Positions 20,542 through 31,521 of a stretch of DNA of 64,000 nt are shown here, piece by piece. The DNA comes from an uncultured delta proteobacterium (lineage in GTDB: Bacteria; Desulfobacterota; Binatia; UBA9968): contig CAVWLW010000023.1 in NCBI GenBank assembly GCA_963755715.1, positions 11,396-75,395 on the forward strand, given 5' to 3'. The translations under genes were made by a program, and so were the position numbers. Numbering within the stretch: the stretch's first letter is position 1; every line of letters starts with the position of its first letter. The notes under the pieces are model-generated. The model searched no databases. It was not told where the DNA came from and saw only the letters and a list, made by a program, of their open reading frames with translations.

Positions 20542-21632
20542 GAGACCTTTTGGCTGTCGACAAATGGATGCTGCTCGCTCTCGCCGCGCTCTTGGCGATT
20601 GGGATGACGATGGTGTTAAGCACCAGTTATCTCTATTCCCAAGAACGCTACGGCGATGGAACCTACTTTTTTCGCAAGCAATTGATCGCCATGGGCGCGG
20701 GGATGATCGCGCTGATTGCCTGTTCGATCGTGCCATCGACGCTTTATCGACGCTTCGCTTATCCGCTTCTGGCCGTCAGCTTTGGCGTGCTGGCTTTGGT
20801 GCTGATTCCCGGCATCGGCGTGAGCCGCGGCGGGGCGCGCCGTTGGCTGATGCTTCCCGGCTTTGTTTTTCAGCCGTCGGAATTTGCCAAGCTCGCCCTA
20901 GTCTTCTACCTGGCCCGTTCCATGGCGAAAAAAGAGCAGTTGATTCGCACGTTTTCCATCGGCGTCTTACCGCATCTCATCGTCGGCGGGGCTTTTGCCC
21001 TGATGCTTTTGCTCGAGCCGGATTTCGGCACCGTGTTGATCCTGACGATGCTGCTTTATTTCATGCTCTTCATCGGCGGCGCGCGGGTGCATCATCTGCT
21101 CGCCACCGCGCTAATGGCTTTGCCCCTGCTGATTTACGTGATGACGAAAGCGGAGTACCGGTTGCGCCGCTTGATGAGTTTTTTAGATCCGTGGAGCGAC
21201 GCCTCGGGCAGCGGTTTTCATGTCATCCAATCTTTGATCGCCTTCGGCTCCGGGCAGATGTGGGGACGCGGATTGGGTGAGAGCCGCCAGAAGCTTTTTT
21301 ATTTGCCCGAAGCGCACACGGATTTCGTCTATTCAGTGATCGGCGAGGAACTCGGCTTGCTCGGCGCACTGGTGGTCCTGGCGCTGTTCGGCGTCATCAT
21401 CGTTCGCGGTCTGCAGCTTACGGCGAGGATCGAAGAACCGTTCGATCAATACCTGGCGTTCGGCCTGACGGTTTTGCTCGGCCTGCAAGCTTTGATTCAC
21501 ATGGGCGTGGTCATGGGCTTGATGCCGACGAAGGGCTTGGTGCTGCCGTTTATCAGCTATGGCGGTTCGGCGATGGTGATCAATCTGATGGAGGCGGGAA
21601 TATTGTTGGGCCTGTCGCGCCGGCGACTTTAG
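20538..21632 (+). CDS. ftsW: SEDS peptidoglycan polymerase FtsW
   Basis: FQPSEFAK, YLPEAHTDF, GEELG, PFISYGGS. Confidence 0.95.
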   Translation: MRDLLAVDKWMLLALAALLAIGMTMVLSTSYLYSQERYGDGTYFFRKQLIAMGAGMIALIACSIVPSTLYRRFAYPLLAVSFGVLALVLIPGIGVSRGGARRWLMLPGFVFQPSEFAKLALVFYLARSMAKKEQLIRTFSIGVLPHLIVGGAFALMLLLEPDFGTVLILTMLLYFMLFIGGARVHHLLATALMALPLLIYVMTKAEYRLRRLMSFLDPWSDASGSGFHVIQSLIAFGSGQMWGRGLGESRQKLFYLPEAHTDFVYSVIGEELGLLGALVVLALFGVIIVRGLQLTARIEEPFDQYLAFGLTVLLGLQALIHMGVVMGLMPTKGLVLPFISYGGSAMVINLMEAGILLGLSRRRL

Positions 21633-21634
21633 CG

Positions 21635-22702
21635 ATGCGAGTCATCTTCGCCGGCGGGGGAACCGGCGGACATCTATTCCCAGGTCTGGCGGTGGCGCGC
21701 GAATTTCAACGGCGCGATCCGATGACGGAAATCTTATTTATGGGCACTACACAGGGAATCGAATATCGTGTTTTGCCGAAGCAAGGCTATCGTCTTGAAA
21801 CGCTACCGGTGCGTGGCCTCAAGGGACGCGGCGTGCGCGGCGTGATCGACGCGCTCTACGGCGTGCCCGCGAGCCTGCTCCGCTCGTTGAAGATCATCCG
21901 CGGTTTTCGCCCGGATTGCATCATTGGTCTGGGCGGATACGCTTCCGGCCCGGCGCTGCTCGCGGCAAAGCTGGCGGGCATTCGCTGCGCGATCATGGAA
22001 CAGAATCTACGCCCCGGATTCACTAACAAGCTGCTCGCGCGCTTCGTCGATCGCGTCTTTACTGCGTATCCCGAGAGCGCGGCTTTTTTTCCCGGCGCTC
22101 GCGTGGTCGAGACCGGGAACCCGGTGCGCTGGCAAAAACTCCCCGCGGGTCGCAAGCGGGATAATTTTTCGCTGCTGATCTTCGGCGGCAGCCTGGGCGC
22201 GCGCCGGATCAATTTCGCTGTGATCGACGCACTTAAAGAATTAACCGAACTCAAGTCAGAGATTTTCATCACGCACCAGACCGGTGAACTCGATTTTGCC
22301 GCGATCCGCGTAGCTTATGACGGGTTGCCGTTTGCCGCTGAGGTGACGCCGTTTATCGACAAGATGGATGAGGCGTACGCGCAGGCGGATTTGGTGTTGT
22401 GTCGCGCTGGCGCGACCACCGTGGCGGAGCTTACGGCTTTCGGCAAGGCGGCGATATTGGTGCCGTATCCTTACGCGATTTACGATCATCAGCGCGGCAA
22501 CGCCCAGGCGCTGCACGAGCGCGGCGCCGCCGAGATGATTTTGGATCAGGAATTAAACGGACAAATTCTGGCGCAAAAAATCCGTGGCTATCTGTCCGAT
22601 CGCGGTCGGCTCGACCAAATGGCGGCGGCCGCTCGGATGCTCGGGCGGCCCGACGCCGCCGAGCACATCGTCGACGAGTGTTACGGTTTGGCCCATGCCT
22701 AG
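21635..22702 (+). CDS. murG: Lipid II GlcNAc transferase
   Basis: GGGTGGHLFP, GNPVR, GGSLGA, RAGATTVAE. Confidence 0.97.
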   Translation: MRVIFAGGGTGGHLFPGLAVAREFQRRDPMTEILFMGTTQGIEYRVLPKQGYRLETLPVRGLKGRGVRGVIDALYGVPASLLRSLKIIRGFRPDCIIGLGGYASGPALLAAKLAGIRCAIMEQNLRPGFTNKLLARFVDRVFTAYPESAAFFPGARVVETGNPVRWQKLPAGRKRDNFSLLIFGGSLGARRINFAVIDALKELTELKSEIFITHQTGELDFAAIRVAYDGLPFAAEVTPFIDKMDEAYAQADLVLCRAGATTVAELTAFGKAAILVPYPYAIYDHQRGNAQALHERGAAEMILDQELNGQILAQKIRGYLSDRGRLDQMAAAARMLGRPDAAEHIVDECYGLAHA

Positions 22703-22726
22703 TATTTTGACGGTGACTGAAATTTC

Positions 22727-24127
22727 ATGCTGCAAAAAAAGCATAAAATTCATTTCGTCGGTATCGGCGGCATCGGCATGAGCGGTATCGCCGAAGTGTT
22801 GTTGAATTCGGGGTACGCGGTGACCGGCTCCGATCTTCATGACAGCGATGCGACGCGCCGCCTGCGCGGGCTCGGCGCGCGGGTTTTTGTCGGCCACCAG
22901 GAAGAAAACCTTGCCGGCAACCCGTCGGTCGTAGTGATTTCCACCGCAGTAAAATATGCCAATCCGGAAGTGCTCGAAGCGCGCCGACGCCATATCCCGG
23001 TGATTCCGCGCGCCGAGATGCTCGGCGAGCTCATGCGCATGAAATACGGCGTCGCGGTGGCCGGCAGCCACGGCAAAACCACGACCACATCGATGGTCGC
23101 GGCGGTGTTGAGCACGGCGGGTTTGGACCCGACGATGGTGATCGGTGGCCGGGTGCACATGCTCGGCACCAATGCCAAAACCGGCGAGGGCGAATTTTTG
23201 GTCGCCGAGGCCGATGAAAGCGACGGCAGTTTTTTGCTGCTGTCGCCGACCATTGCGGTGGTCACTAATATCGATAAAGAGCACATGGACTTCCATCAAA
23301 CGATGGAAAGACTGAACGATAATTTTCTGACCTTCATCAACAAGGTGCCCTTTTATGGTCTCGCGGTGCTGTGCATCGACGACGTCAACGTGCGCGCTCT
23401 TTTGCCCAAGGCGAAAAAGCGCTTCGCGACGTACGGCCTTTCGCCGGAGGCGGATTTTTCCGCCGAAGATTTAAAGATGACGGCAGCCGGGGTCGAATTC
23501 ACCGCAATGCACGAAGCCAAAAGCTTGGGCAAGCTGCGTTTGCACCTGCCCGGCCGTCATAGCGCGACCAATGCCTTGGCGGCCGTCGCCGTCGCTCATG
23601 AACTGGAAATTCCTTTCACTCAAGTGAGCGACGCGCTCAGCCGTTTCACCGGTATCCACCGGCGCTTTGAAATCAAAGGCGAACCGAATGGAATCCTGGT
23701 GATCGACGACTACGGTCATCATCCGACGGAAATCCGCGCGACCATCGGCGCGATCCGTGACAGCTGGAAACGGCCGCTCACGGTAATCTTTCAACCGCAT
23801 CGATTTACTCGGACCCGAGATCTTTTCGATGAGTTCCTGACCGCTTTCGAGGGCGCGGACCGGTTGGTGCTGACGGAAATTTATCCTGCCGGTGAGGATC
23901 CGATCCCCGGCATGACCGGCGAAGCGCTTTATCAAGCGATCAAGCGCAAGGGGCATCTGGACGTGCAGTTTGTGCCGGACAAAAACGATATCGTCGCGCA
24001 AGTTGCCGGCGAACTAAAACAGGGTGACATCTCGTTGACGCTGGGCGCGGGTGACATTTACAGGGTCGGCGAGGCGTTGGTTGAGAAGCTTCAAATAACG
24101 AGTTGGAGGGGTGGGGTGATGGAGTGA
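22727..24127 (+). CDS. murC: UDP-MurNAc-L-alanine ligase
   Basis: GIGGIGMSG, GSHGKTTTT, EADESDGS, DDYGHHPTE. Confidence 0.97.
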   Translation: MLQKKHKIHFVGIGGIGMSGIAEVLLNSGYAVTGSDLHDSDATRRLRGLGARVFVGHQEENLAGNPSVVVISTAVKYANPEVLEARRRHIPVIPRAEMLGELMRMKYGVAVAGSHGKTTTTSMVAAVLSTAGLDPTMVIGGRVHMLGTNAKTGEGEFLVAEADESDGSFLLLSPTIAVVTNIDKEHMDFHQTMERLNDNFLTFINKVPFYGLAVLCIDDVNVRALLPKAKKRFATYGLSPEADFSAEDLKMTAAGVEFTAMHEAKSLGKLRLHLPGRHSATNALAAVAVAHELEIPFTQVSDALSRFTGIHRRFEIKGEPNGILVIDDYGHHPTEIRATIGAIRDSWKRPLTVIFQPHRFTRTRDLFDEFLTAFEGADRLVLTEIYPAGEDPIPGMTGEALYQAIKRKGHLDVQFVPDKNDIVAQVAGELKQGDISLTLGAGDIYRVGEALVEKLQITSWRGGVME

Positions 24128-24177
24128 TGGGAGAATTTGCCGAAGACCCAACACTCCATTGGCTTGAGATGTTTGCG

Positions 24178-25119
24178 ATGGCTCCAGCAAATAACGATGC
24201 ACCGTTGGCGGCGGAACTGAAACTGATTGCGGGCTTGACGGTCAAGATCGCCGAACCGCTGGCGCGCTACACGTCGATGAAGATCGGCGGGCCGGCGGAC
24301 TATTTCATCGAGGTGGAGAACGACGCGGCGTTGACGAATTTGCTCGGCGTGCTTTCACGGCACCAGGAAAATTTTTGCCTGCTCGGCAACGGCAGTAATG
24401 TCTTGATCAGCGACCGCGGCGTGCGCGGCGCGGTGATTCATTTGGCCGGTGAATTTAAACAAGCGCAATGGCGCGAAGAGGACGAGACGGCGCGACTGAA
24501 TGTGGGCGCCGCCTGCGCCGTGGCGCAACTGGTACGGCAAGCGGCGCGCAAAGGCTACTCCGGTTTGGAATTTGCCGAAGGGATTCCCGGCAGTGTCGGT
24601 GGTGCTTTATTCATGAACGCGGGAGCGTTCGGTTCCGAGTTCGAGAAAGTCGTCGATCAGGTCGAGGCGATGACGCCGCGCGGCGAGCCGCTTCATTTGG
24701 CGCGCGCGCAGATGACGTTCAGCTACCGCGATTCGCATCTGCCCGAGGGCACAATCATCACACGCGTGGGAATGATATTGCACAAACAAGAATCAATCGA
24801 GGTAACTTCGAAAGTGCGCGAGCTCGTCGGCAAACGAAAGAGCAGCCAGCCATCCGGTTTCCCCAATTCCGGTTCGATGTTTCGCAATCCGCCGGGAGAT
24901 TACGCCGGCCGGCTGATCGAGACCGCCGGTTTGAAGGGCAAGCGCATGGGCCAAGCCCAAATTTCAGAGCGTCATGCCAACTTCATCGTCAATCACGGCG
25001 GCGCCAAGGCGGACGACGTGCGAAGGTTAATGGAGCTGGCGCGCAGCGAAGTGCGCAAACAATTCGGCGTCGAGCTAGTCGCCGAGGTGAGGCTCTTGGG
25101 AGATTGGTCGGCGAATTGA
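24178..25119 (+). CDS. murB: UDP-N-acetylenolpyruvoylglucosamine reductase
   Basis: GNGSN, GIPGSVGG..MNAGA, GSMFRNP, HANFIVN. Confidence 0.95.
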   Translation: MAPANNDAPLAAELKLIAGLTVKIAEPLARYTSMKIGGPADYFIEVENDAALTNLLGVLSRHQENFCLLGNGSNVLISDRGVRGAVIHLAGEFKQAQWREEDETARLNVGAACAVAQLVRQAARKGYSGLEFAEGIPGSVGGALFMNAGAFGSEFEKVVDQVEAMTPRGEPLHLARAQMTFSYRDSHLPEGTIITRVGMILHKQESIEVTSKVRELVGKRKSSQPSGFPNSGSMFRNPPGDYAGRLIETAGLKGKRMGQAQISERHANFIVNHGGAKADDVRRLMELARSEVRKQFGVELVAEVRLLGDWSAN

Positions 25120-25140
25120 ACCATTGAACCAGGGTGTACC

Positions 25141-25956
25141 GTGCAGCTTAAGGTTTATCGCAAAGATAATCGCAAAAAGGATGGACAGCGCTGGCGCCGC
25201 CACTTGCTCTGGTGCGGTTGCATTTTCGTGGTGGCGATCCTCGCTTTCGCAGCTTATCGCCTGAGCGATCCGCTCGTGCTCACCGCTGCCTCGCTGCGCG
25301 ATTTTATCTTGGACAATCGTTACTTTTCGGTGCACGAAATTCAGGTGCGGGGCGGCGACAAAGTGAGCGGCAACGAAATCGTCACCATCGCCGGGCTGCA
25401 CCAGGGCATGAGTATCTGGAAGGTCGATCTGCCGGCGATTGAAAAAAAAGTCGGCAAACATCCATGGGTACGCCGGGTCTTGGTCCGCCGCGAGTTTCCG
25501 CATCGCATCATTATCGATGTCGAAGAACGAGTGCCGCGCGCCATCGTAGCGCTGCGAAAACTTTACTACGTCGATACGGACGGCGTGGTGTTCAAAGAAG
25601 TCGATCCCAATGAAAACGTCAAATATCCGTTGCTGACGGGTCTTCGCGCAGAGGAAGTTAGCGGGTCGAACCCGGCCATGCGCAAACGCATTCAAGACGC
25701 CATCCGCCTGGGCGACCTGATGGCGCAGCGAGCGCATTCGATTTCGGAGATTCACTTCGATGCACCCGACCGGCTGGTGGTTTATACGACCGATTTTCCG
25801 ATCCCGCTGCACATGGGTTGGGGAAATTGGGATGACAAGTTGGAGCGGATGGATCGCTTGATGTCGTTGTGGAAAGGCAACGAAGAACGGCTGGGATCAC
25901 TAGATATGAGCTTTCGCGATCAAATCGTCGCCCGGCTGCGCCGGGTTCAACGATAA
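25141..25956 (+). CDS. ftsQ: Cell division protein FtsQ/DivIB
   Basis: N-terminal TM helix, POTRA domain (PWVRRVLVRREFP); precedes ftsA. Confidence 0.9.
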   Translation: MQLKVYRKDNRKKDGQRWRRHLLWCGCIFVVAILAFAAYRLSDPLVLTAASLRDFILDNRYFSVHEIQVRGGDKVSGNEIVTIAGLHQGMSIWKVDLPAIEKKVGKHPWVRRVLVRREFPHRIIIDVEERVPRAIVALRKLYYVDTDGVVFKEVDPNENVKYPLLTGLRAEEVSGSNPAMRKRIQDAIRLGDLMAQRAHSISEIHFDAPDRLVVYTTDFPIPLHMGWGNWDDKLERMDRLMSLWKGNEERLGSLDMSFRDQIVARLRRVQR

Positions 25957-25983
25957 TTTGGCACAAGGTTTAGCAAAACGACT

Positions 25984-27213
25984 ATGGCGAAGAAAAACAG
26001 CATCGTAGTGGGTTTAGACATCGGCACGTCGAAAGTTTGCGCCGTGGTCGGCGAAATGACCGAGCACGGCGTCGAGATCATCGGCGTCGGCTCGCACCCG
26101 TCACAAGGACTACGCAAAGGAGTCGTGATCAATATCGAAGCCACGGTGAGTTCGCTCAAAAAGGCCGTGGAAGAAGCAAGTTTGATGGCGGGCTGCGAGA
26201 TTCACACCGTTTTCACAAGTCTATCGGGCGGCCACATCAAGGCGTTTAATAGCCACGGCATCGTCGCGGTGAAAAACAAAGAGGTGATGGCACGCGACCT
26301 AGGGCGGGTGATCGATGCCGCCAAGGCGGTGGCGATCCCGATGGATCGCGAGGTGCTCCACGTTTTGCCGCAAGATTACATCATCGATGATCAGGACGGC
26401 ATCCGGGATCCCCTTGGCATGTCCGGAGTCCGTCTCGAAGCGAAGGTGCACATCGTCACCGGGGCGGTGGCCTCGGTGCAGAATGTCATCAAGTGCTGCA
26501 ACCGCAGCGGCCTCAATGTTGCGGAGATGGTGTTGGCGCCGTTGGCAGTGGCAGAGGCGGTGCTTACCGACGAGGAACGGGAATTGGGCGTCGTGTTGAT
26601 CGACGTCGGCGGCGGCACGACCGACATCGCCGTTTATCATGACGGAACGGTGAAGCATACCGCAGTGATCCCGATGGGCGGCAACCACGTCACCAACGAT
26701 ATCGCCGCCGGCCTGCGCACCCCGTTCAACGACGCCGAGCGCTTGAAACAGCGCCATGGTTTCGCCAGGGCTTCGATGGCGACGGAGGACGAAAGAGTCG
26801 AAGTGTCGTGCGTGGCGGGGAAAGGCGCGGGAACGATTTCGCGCCAGATTCTTTGCGAGATCATCGAGCCCCGTCTCGACGAGATCTTCGAGATGGTGCA
26901 AAAGGAGATCGCTAAATCGGGGTTCGAAGGGGCGCTCGCATCCGGCATCGTGGCGACGGGCGGGTCGATGCTTTTGGCCGGCGCCGTCGAGATGGCCGAG
27001 CGCTCCTTCGGCTTGCCGGTACGTCTGGGCGTTCCCGCGCGAGTCGGCGGTCTCACCGATATTATCAATAACCCGATCTATGCGGCCGCGGTGGGTTTGG
27101 CGCTGCACGGCATGAAGCGGCAGGATCGTGGCACGGTGTTTCGCGCCCGCGACGACAAGATTCTCTCTAAGGTTAAGCACCGCATGTCGGATTGGTTGAA
27201 CGAATTTTTTTAA
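25984..27213 (+). CDS. ftsA: Cell division protein FtsA
   Basis: GLDIGTSKV, DVGGGTTD, C-terminal WLNEFF amphipathic helix. Confidence 0.97.
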   Translation: MAKKNSIVVGLDIGTSKVCAVVGEMTEHGVEIIGVGSHPSQGLRKGVVINIEATVSSLKKAVEEASLMAGCEIHTVFTSLSGGHIKAFNSHGIVAVKNKEVMARDLGRVIDAAKAVAIPMDREVLHVLPQDYIIDDQDGIRDPLGMSGVRLEAKVHIVTGAVASVQNVIKCCNRSGLNVAEMVLAPLAVAEAVLTDEERELGVVLIDVGGGTTDIAVYHDGTVKHTAVIPMGGNHVTNDIAAGLRTPFNDAERLKQRHGFARASMATEDERVEVSCVAGKGAGTISRQILCEIIEPRLDEIFEMVQKEIAKSGFEGALASGIVATGGSMLLAGAVEMAERSFGLPVRLGVPARVGGLTDIINNPIYAAAVGLALHGMKRQDRGTVFRARDDKILSKVKHRMSDWLNEFF

Positions 27214-27263
27214 TCATAAAGGCAAACAAAATTTACTGACTTTTTTCCAGAGGAGGAAAACTT

Positions 27264-28499
27264 ATGTTCGAGATTGTGGAGCACAATAGTCTGACCGCGC
27301 GCATCAAAGTGATCGGTATCGGTGGTGGTGGCGGCAATGCGGTCAATACCATGATCGGCTCGCGGCTTTCGGGCGTCGATTTCATGGTGGCGAACACCGA
27401 CGCGCAATCGTTGGATGCGAGCCAGGCGCCGGTGCGCATTCAATTGGGTGGCACGGTGACCAAAGGCTTGGGCGCCGGGGCCAATCCGGAGATCGGCCGG
27501 CGCGCCGCGTTGGAAGACCAGGAAGTGATTAAGGAGTACCTCGAAGGCTCTGACATGATCTTCATCACCGCCGGGATGGGCGGTGGCACTGGCACGGGCG
27601 GCGCACCGGTGCTCGCGCGCGTGGCGCGCGAAGTCGGCGCCCTGACGGTCGGCGTGGTGACCAAGCCGTTCATTTTTGAAGGTAAGAAGCGTATGCGCCA
27701 GGCCGAAGAAGGCATCGAAGAATTGAAAGCGAGCGTCGATACCCTGATCGTCATTCCCAACCAGCGCTTGTTGAGCATCGCTGCCAAGACCACGACGATG
27801 CTTGAAGCGTTTCACAAGGCCGACGACGTCCTGCTCCAAGCGGTGCGCGGAATTTCCGATCTCATTATCACGCCCGGTTTGATCAATCTCGACTTCGCCG
27901 ATGTGCGTACGGTGATGGCGGAAATGGGCTTGGCCTTGATGGGAGCATCGTCGGCATCGGGCGAGAATCGCGCCATCGAGGCGGCGCAAAAAGCGATTTC
28001 CAGCCCGCTGCTCGAAGACATCTCGATCCAAGGTGCCCGCGGCGTCTTGATCAATATCACCGGCGGCCCCGATCTCTGCTTGCACGAAGTGAACGAGGCG
28101 GCATCGATGATCCAAGAGGAGGCCCATGATGACGCCAACATCATCTTCGGCGCGGTCATCGATGAGAACATGACGGACGAGATCCGCATCACGGTGATCG
28201 CCACGGGTTTCGGCGAACTCCGAGAAGAGAAAAAAGTCGTGCAGGCGGCTCAAACTCAGGCGCCCGCGCCCGCGGCCAGTGTCGCGAAGATCGCCAACGC
28301 CACGCCAAAAAATCGCAAAGTCGTTCACCTTGGCACCATCATCGATGACCTCGACACGCCGACTTGGCAACGCAAGAAGTCGGGCAGTGACGAAGTCGAG
28401 GCGGTGACGTTGGGCAAGACCAGTTTCGAGTTCAACGGCAATCAGGAAGAAGACGATAAGTACGACATCCCGACGTTTCTGCGCCGCCAGATGGACTGA
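27264..28499 (+). CDS. ftsZ: Cell division protein FtsZ
   Basis: [17 protein letters not shown] tubulin motif, C-terminal DIPTFLRRQ. Confidence 0.98.
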   Translation: MFEIVEHNSLTARIKVIGIGGGGGNAVNTMIGSRLSGVDFMVANTDAQSLDASQAPVRIQLGGTVTKGLGAGANPEIGRRAALEDQEVIKEYLEGSDMIFITAGMGGGTGTGGAPVLARVAREVGALTVGVVTKPFIFEGKKRMRQAEEGIEELKASVDTLIVIPNQRLLSIAAKTTTMLEAFHKADDVLLQAVRGISDLIITPGLINLDFADVRTVMAEMGLALMGASSASGENRAIEAAQKAISSPLLEDISIQGARGVLINITGGPDLCLHEVNEAASMIQEEAHDDANIIFGAVIDENMTDEIRITVIATGFGELREEKKVVQAAQTQAPAPAASVAKIANATPKNRKVVHLGTIIDDLDTPTWQRKKSGSDEVEAVTLGKTSFEFNGNQEEDDKYDIPTFLRRQMD

Positions 28500-28613
28500 G
28501 ACGATTGGCGCTGAGCCATCGCTTCGATATCGGTTGTAACGGCTTGCGGATTCGTGCCAACGCGTGGGGTGGCGCGACGGAATTTAGCGCTCGCGGCTAA
28601 AATGGCGCGAGCG

Positions 28614-28958
28614 CTATTTGTTGTAGCGCATGCGAGTGCCGTGCTGGATCGAGAGCGAGATCTCGTTGGCACTGAGCTCAACGGGGAAGAAGCCGCCGGA
28701 GATCCTTGCCCCGTTGATGCTAGCTCCCACGAGGCACGCTTTTGAGAAATCGACACCGCGCAAATCGGCGGCGCGAAAATAACAATCGGTAAAGTCGATG
28801 CCAGCGGCGTCGAGCCCGCGCAGGTCGAGATGGCGGAAATCGCAGGACGTAAGCTCGCATTTCTCGCCTTGGGCTTTGCGTTGATTGAACTCTTTGACGT
28901 TGCCCTCGCGCAAGAGCTGGTAGAGGGGATCCTCGTAGGTTAAGGGTTTAAGCGCCAT
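28614..28958 (-). CDS. Small pentapeptide-repeat protein
   Basis: DPLYQLLREG followed by CDFRH/LDLRG/ADLRG/VDFSK pentapeptides. Confidence 0.85.
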   Translation of the reverse strand: MALKPLTYEDPLYQLLREGNVKEFNQRKAQGEKCELTSCDFRHLDLRGLDAAGIDFTDCYFRAADLRGVDFSKACLVGASINGARISGGFFPVELSANEISLSIQHGTRMRYNK

Positions 28959-29005
28959 GATTTTCCCGGTTCTTTCGCACCGAACCGTCAATAGAATGAT
29001 CGGCG

Positions 29006-30097
29006 CTATTTCGAAGTCCTTAAACGCTTCTCGCGCCGCGCTCTTTCCAGGGCGAGTCCGATCAGGCGGTCGATCAGGCGGGAATAGCTTAGGCCCGTGG
29101 CTTCCCACATCTTGGGATACATGCTGATCTTGGTAAAGCCGGGAATGGTGTTGATCTCATTGACCAACACCTTCCCGTCGGGACGCAGGAAAAAGTCCAC
29201 TCGAGCCATCCCTTCACAGCAAAGCGCTCGGTAGGCGCGCACCGCCGTCCGCTGAATTTCTTTCACGACCTTTTTCGGCAAGCGCGCTGGAATTTCCAAG
29301 CGCGCGCCTTGATCATCGAGATATTTGGCGTCGTAAGAATAAAAGTCGTGCTGCACGACGATCTCGCCCGGTAGTGATGCGATCGGCTTTTCGTTGCCGA
29401 GAACCGAGCACTCGATCTCGCGGCCGCGAATGGCTTCCTCGATAATAATCTTGTTGTCGTAGCGGAAAGCGGTGCGCACCGCAGCGGCGAATTGATCTTT
29501 CTTGCTTACTTTGGAGATGCCGACCGAGGAGCCCAGGTTTGCCGGCTTCACGAAGAGCGGTAGGCCCAGGTTTTTTTTCACCTTCGCGAAGCTAATCGCC
29601 GGTTGCTCCGGCCGCTCAAACATGACGAAGTCTGCGATCGGGATTTTTGCATCGCGCAACAAACGTTTCATGACGTCCTTGTCCATGCCCACAGCGGAGC
29701 CCAACACGCCGGCGCCGACAAAGGGAATATTGGCGAGCTTGAGTAAACCCTGAACCGTGCCGTCTTCGCCGAAGGGTCCGTGCAGTACAGGGAAGACGAC
29801 ATCGATGGCACCCAACCCGGAGCCGCTGCTCCGCACCACCGGCGTTGCCGTGTCTCCGGGCCGCACCGCTGCGATATTCTTGGCGTCTTTGAAGTCGACT
29901 GCCGATTGTGCCACACCGTGCAGTAACCGCGCGCTTTCGTCGAGATGCCAGCGTCCTTGTTTGTCGATGCCGATGGCGACGACATCATATTTTGTCTTGT
30001 CCATCGCTTCGACGATATTTCTTGCCGATATGAGCGAAATCTCATGCTCGGCGGACTTGCCGCCAAAAAGAAGCGCAACGCGGAGTTTTTTCTTCAT
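29006..30097 (-). CDS. ddl: D-alanine--D-alanine ligase
   Basis: GGKSAEHEIS, LHGPFGEDG, GSSVG, YSYDAKY, NEINTIPGFT. Confidence 0.96.
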   Translation of the reverse strand: MKKKLRVALLFGGKSAEHEISLISARNIVEAMDKTKYDVVAIGIDKQGRWHLDESARLLHGVAQSAVDFKDAKNIAAVRPGDTATPVVRSSGSGLGAIDVVFPVLHGPFGEDGTVQGLLKLANIPFVGAGVLGSAVGMDKDVMKRLLRDAKIPIADFVMFERPEQPAISFAKVKKNLGLPLFVKPANLGSSVGISKVSKKDQFAAAVRTAFRYDNKIIIEEAIRGREIECSVLGNEKPIASLPGEIVVQHDFYSYDAKYLDDQGARLEIPARLPKKVVKEIQRTAVRAYRALCCEGMARVDFFLRPDGKVLVNEINTIPGFTKISMYPKMWEATGLSYSRLIDRLIGLALERARREKRLRTSK

Positions 30098-30118
30098 TGG
30101 GCGTTTTTCGAAACTGGG

Positions 30119-30200
30119 TCGAGAATAGAGGATGGAAGATCGACGGATAGAAAATCGAGGATGGCGAATCGATCTTCGATCCTCCATCTTCGATCCTCGA
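30119..30200. repeat. Intergenic palindrome built from ~7-bp units (GAGGATG/GAAGATC facing GATCTTC/GATCCTC)
   Basis: Left arm tcgagaatagaggatggaagatcga is roughly the reverse complement of right arm tcgatcttcgatcctccatcttcgatcctcga. Confidence 0.7.
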
Positions 30201-30215
30201 TTGTCTTGCGTAAGC

Positions 30216-31401
30216 TTACGACTTCTTGGCGACCGCCGCCGGCGCTTGCTGTTCGATGACTTTCACGACCTTGCCGGGATAGGCTTGTTTTTCGAACTGC
30301 AAGACGAAGTATTTAGCTTTGACTGGATCGCCTTTGCTGTCGAATTCGATGGAGCCGGTCACGCCTTTGAAGTTTTTGATCTTGCGCACCGCGGTCGACG
30401 ACGTCGGCGCGGCTCGGCTTCTTGCCGCCGTTCGCTTTGATCCACTGTTCCATCGCTTTGATTCCGACCAGCGTCGCGTCGTAGCCGTACATGCCGAAGG
30501 ATTCGGTGTCTTTGCCAAAGCGCTGCTTATATTTTTTGGCAAAGGCAGCGGTTTCAGGATACGCATCCGGCGGACCGGCGACGCTGGTGTAGTAGCTGTT
30601 GATTACCGCGCTCCCGGCGATCTTCGCCATTTCCGCCGAATCGAGGCCATCGGGTCCCATGAACTTGGCTTTTACGCCTTTTTCGCGCAGTTGCTTCAAC
30701 AAGAGACCGCCTTGGTGATAGATGCCGCCGAAGTAGACGAGATCGGGATTTTTGGCCTTGAGCGGAATAATCATCGGCGAAAAGTTGGCGCGCTCTTCCG
30801 TGCCGTCAAAGCCCAAGACGTTCATGCCCAGCTTCTTGGCTTCGTTGCGAAAATTTTCCGCCACGCCCTGGCCATAAAGCGTCTTGTCGTGAATGATATA
30901 GACGGATTTGAGCTTCAAATCTTGCGCCGCGAAACGGGCGCCGACCGGACCTTGGACGTCGTCGCGGCCGCACACGCGATTGACGTTCGGATAACCGCGG
31001 TCGGTGATCTCGGTCGCTGTGTTCGCCGGCGAAATCATCGTCAACATAGCGTCTTTGTAAACTTCGGAGGAAGGCAGCGCGACGCCGGAGTTGAAGTGCC
31101 CGACGATGACGAGCACGTCGGGGTCGGCAACCATGTTGCGCGCGTTGGCCACGCCGACTTCCGGCTTGGCCTGGTCGTCTTGGGGCACCAACACCAAGTC
31201 GTAGCCAAGATCTTTGAATGCCTTGGCCGATTCCTCGACCGCGAGCTGCGCGCCGAGTTTGATATGCTCGCCGAGCGCGGCCTGTTCGCCGGAAAGCGGC
31301 GCCTGCACGGCGATCTTGATCTTGCCCTTTTGCGCCCAAGCGGTCGCCGGTAGCGCTGCAATCAGGGCGAATAGGAAAACTAATGACAAGCGTTTCAGCA
31401 C
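30216..31401 (-). CDS. livK: Branched-chain amino acid ABC substrate-binding protein (frameshift near 30400)
   Basis: Signal peptide, PLSGEQAALG, VGHFNSG, HDKTLYGQG; C-terminus FKGVTGSIEFDSKGD lies in the second frame. Confidence 0.88.
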
Positions 31402-31521
31402 GGCGGGTCACTCCTTTAAATTGGAATGGCCCACGATAACAAATCGTAACTGAACGCGCTACCGGTTTTGCACCGAGCTGCTGTGGACCAGCCGCCGCAA
31501 GCGCGGCTGGATCTTAATTTG

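Noticed and set aside
25958-25975. Sigma54 promoter before ftsA (TGGCAC...TAGC)
   Set aside because: GG to GC spacing is 11 nt rather than the required 10
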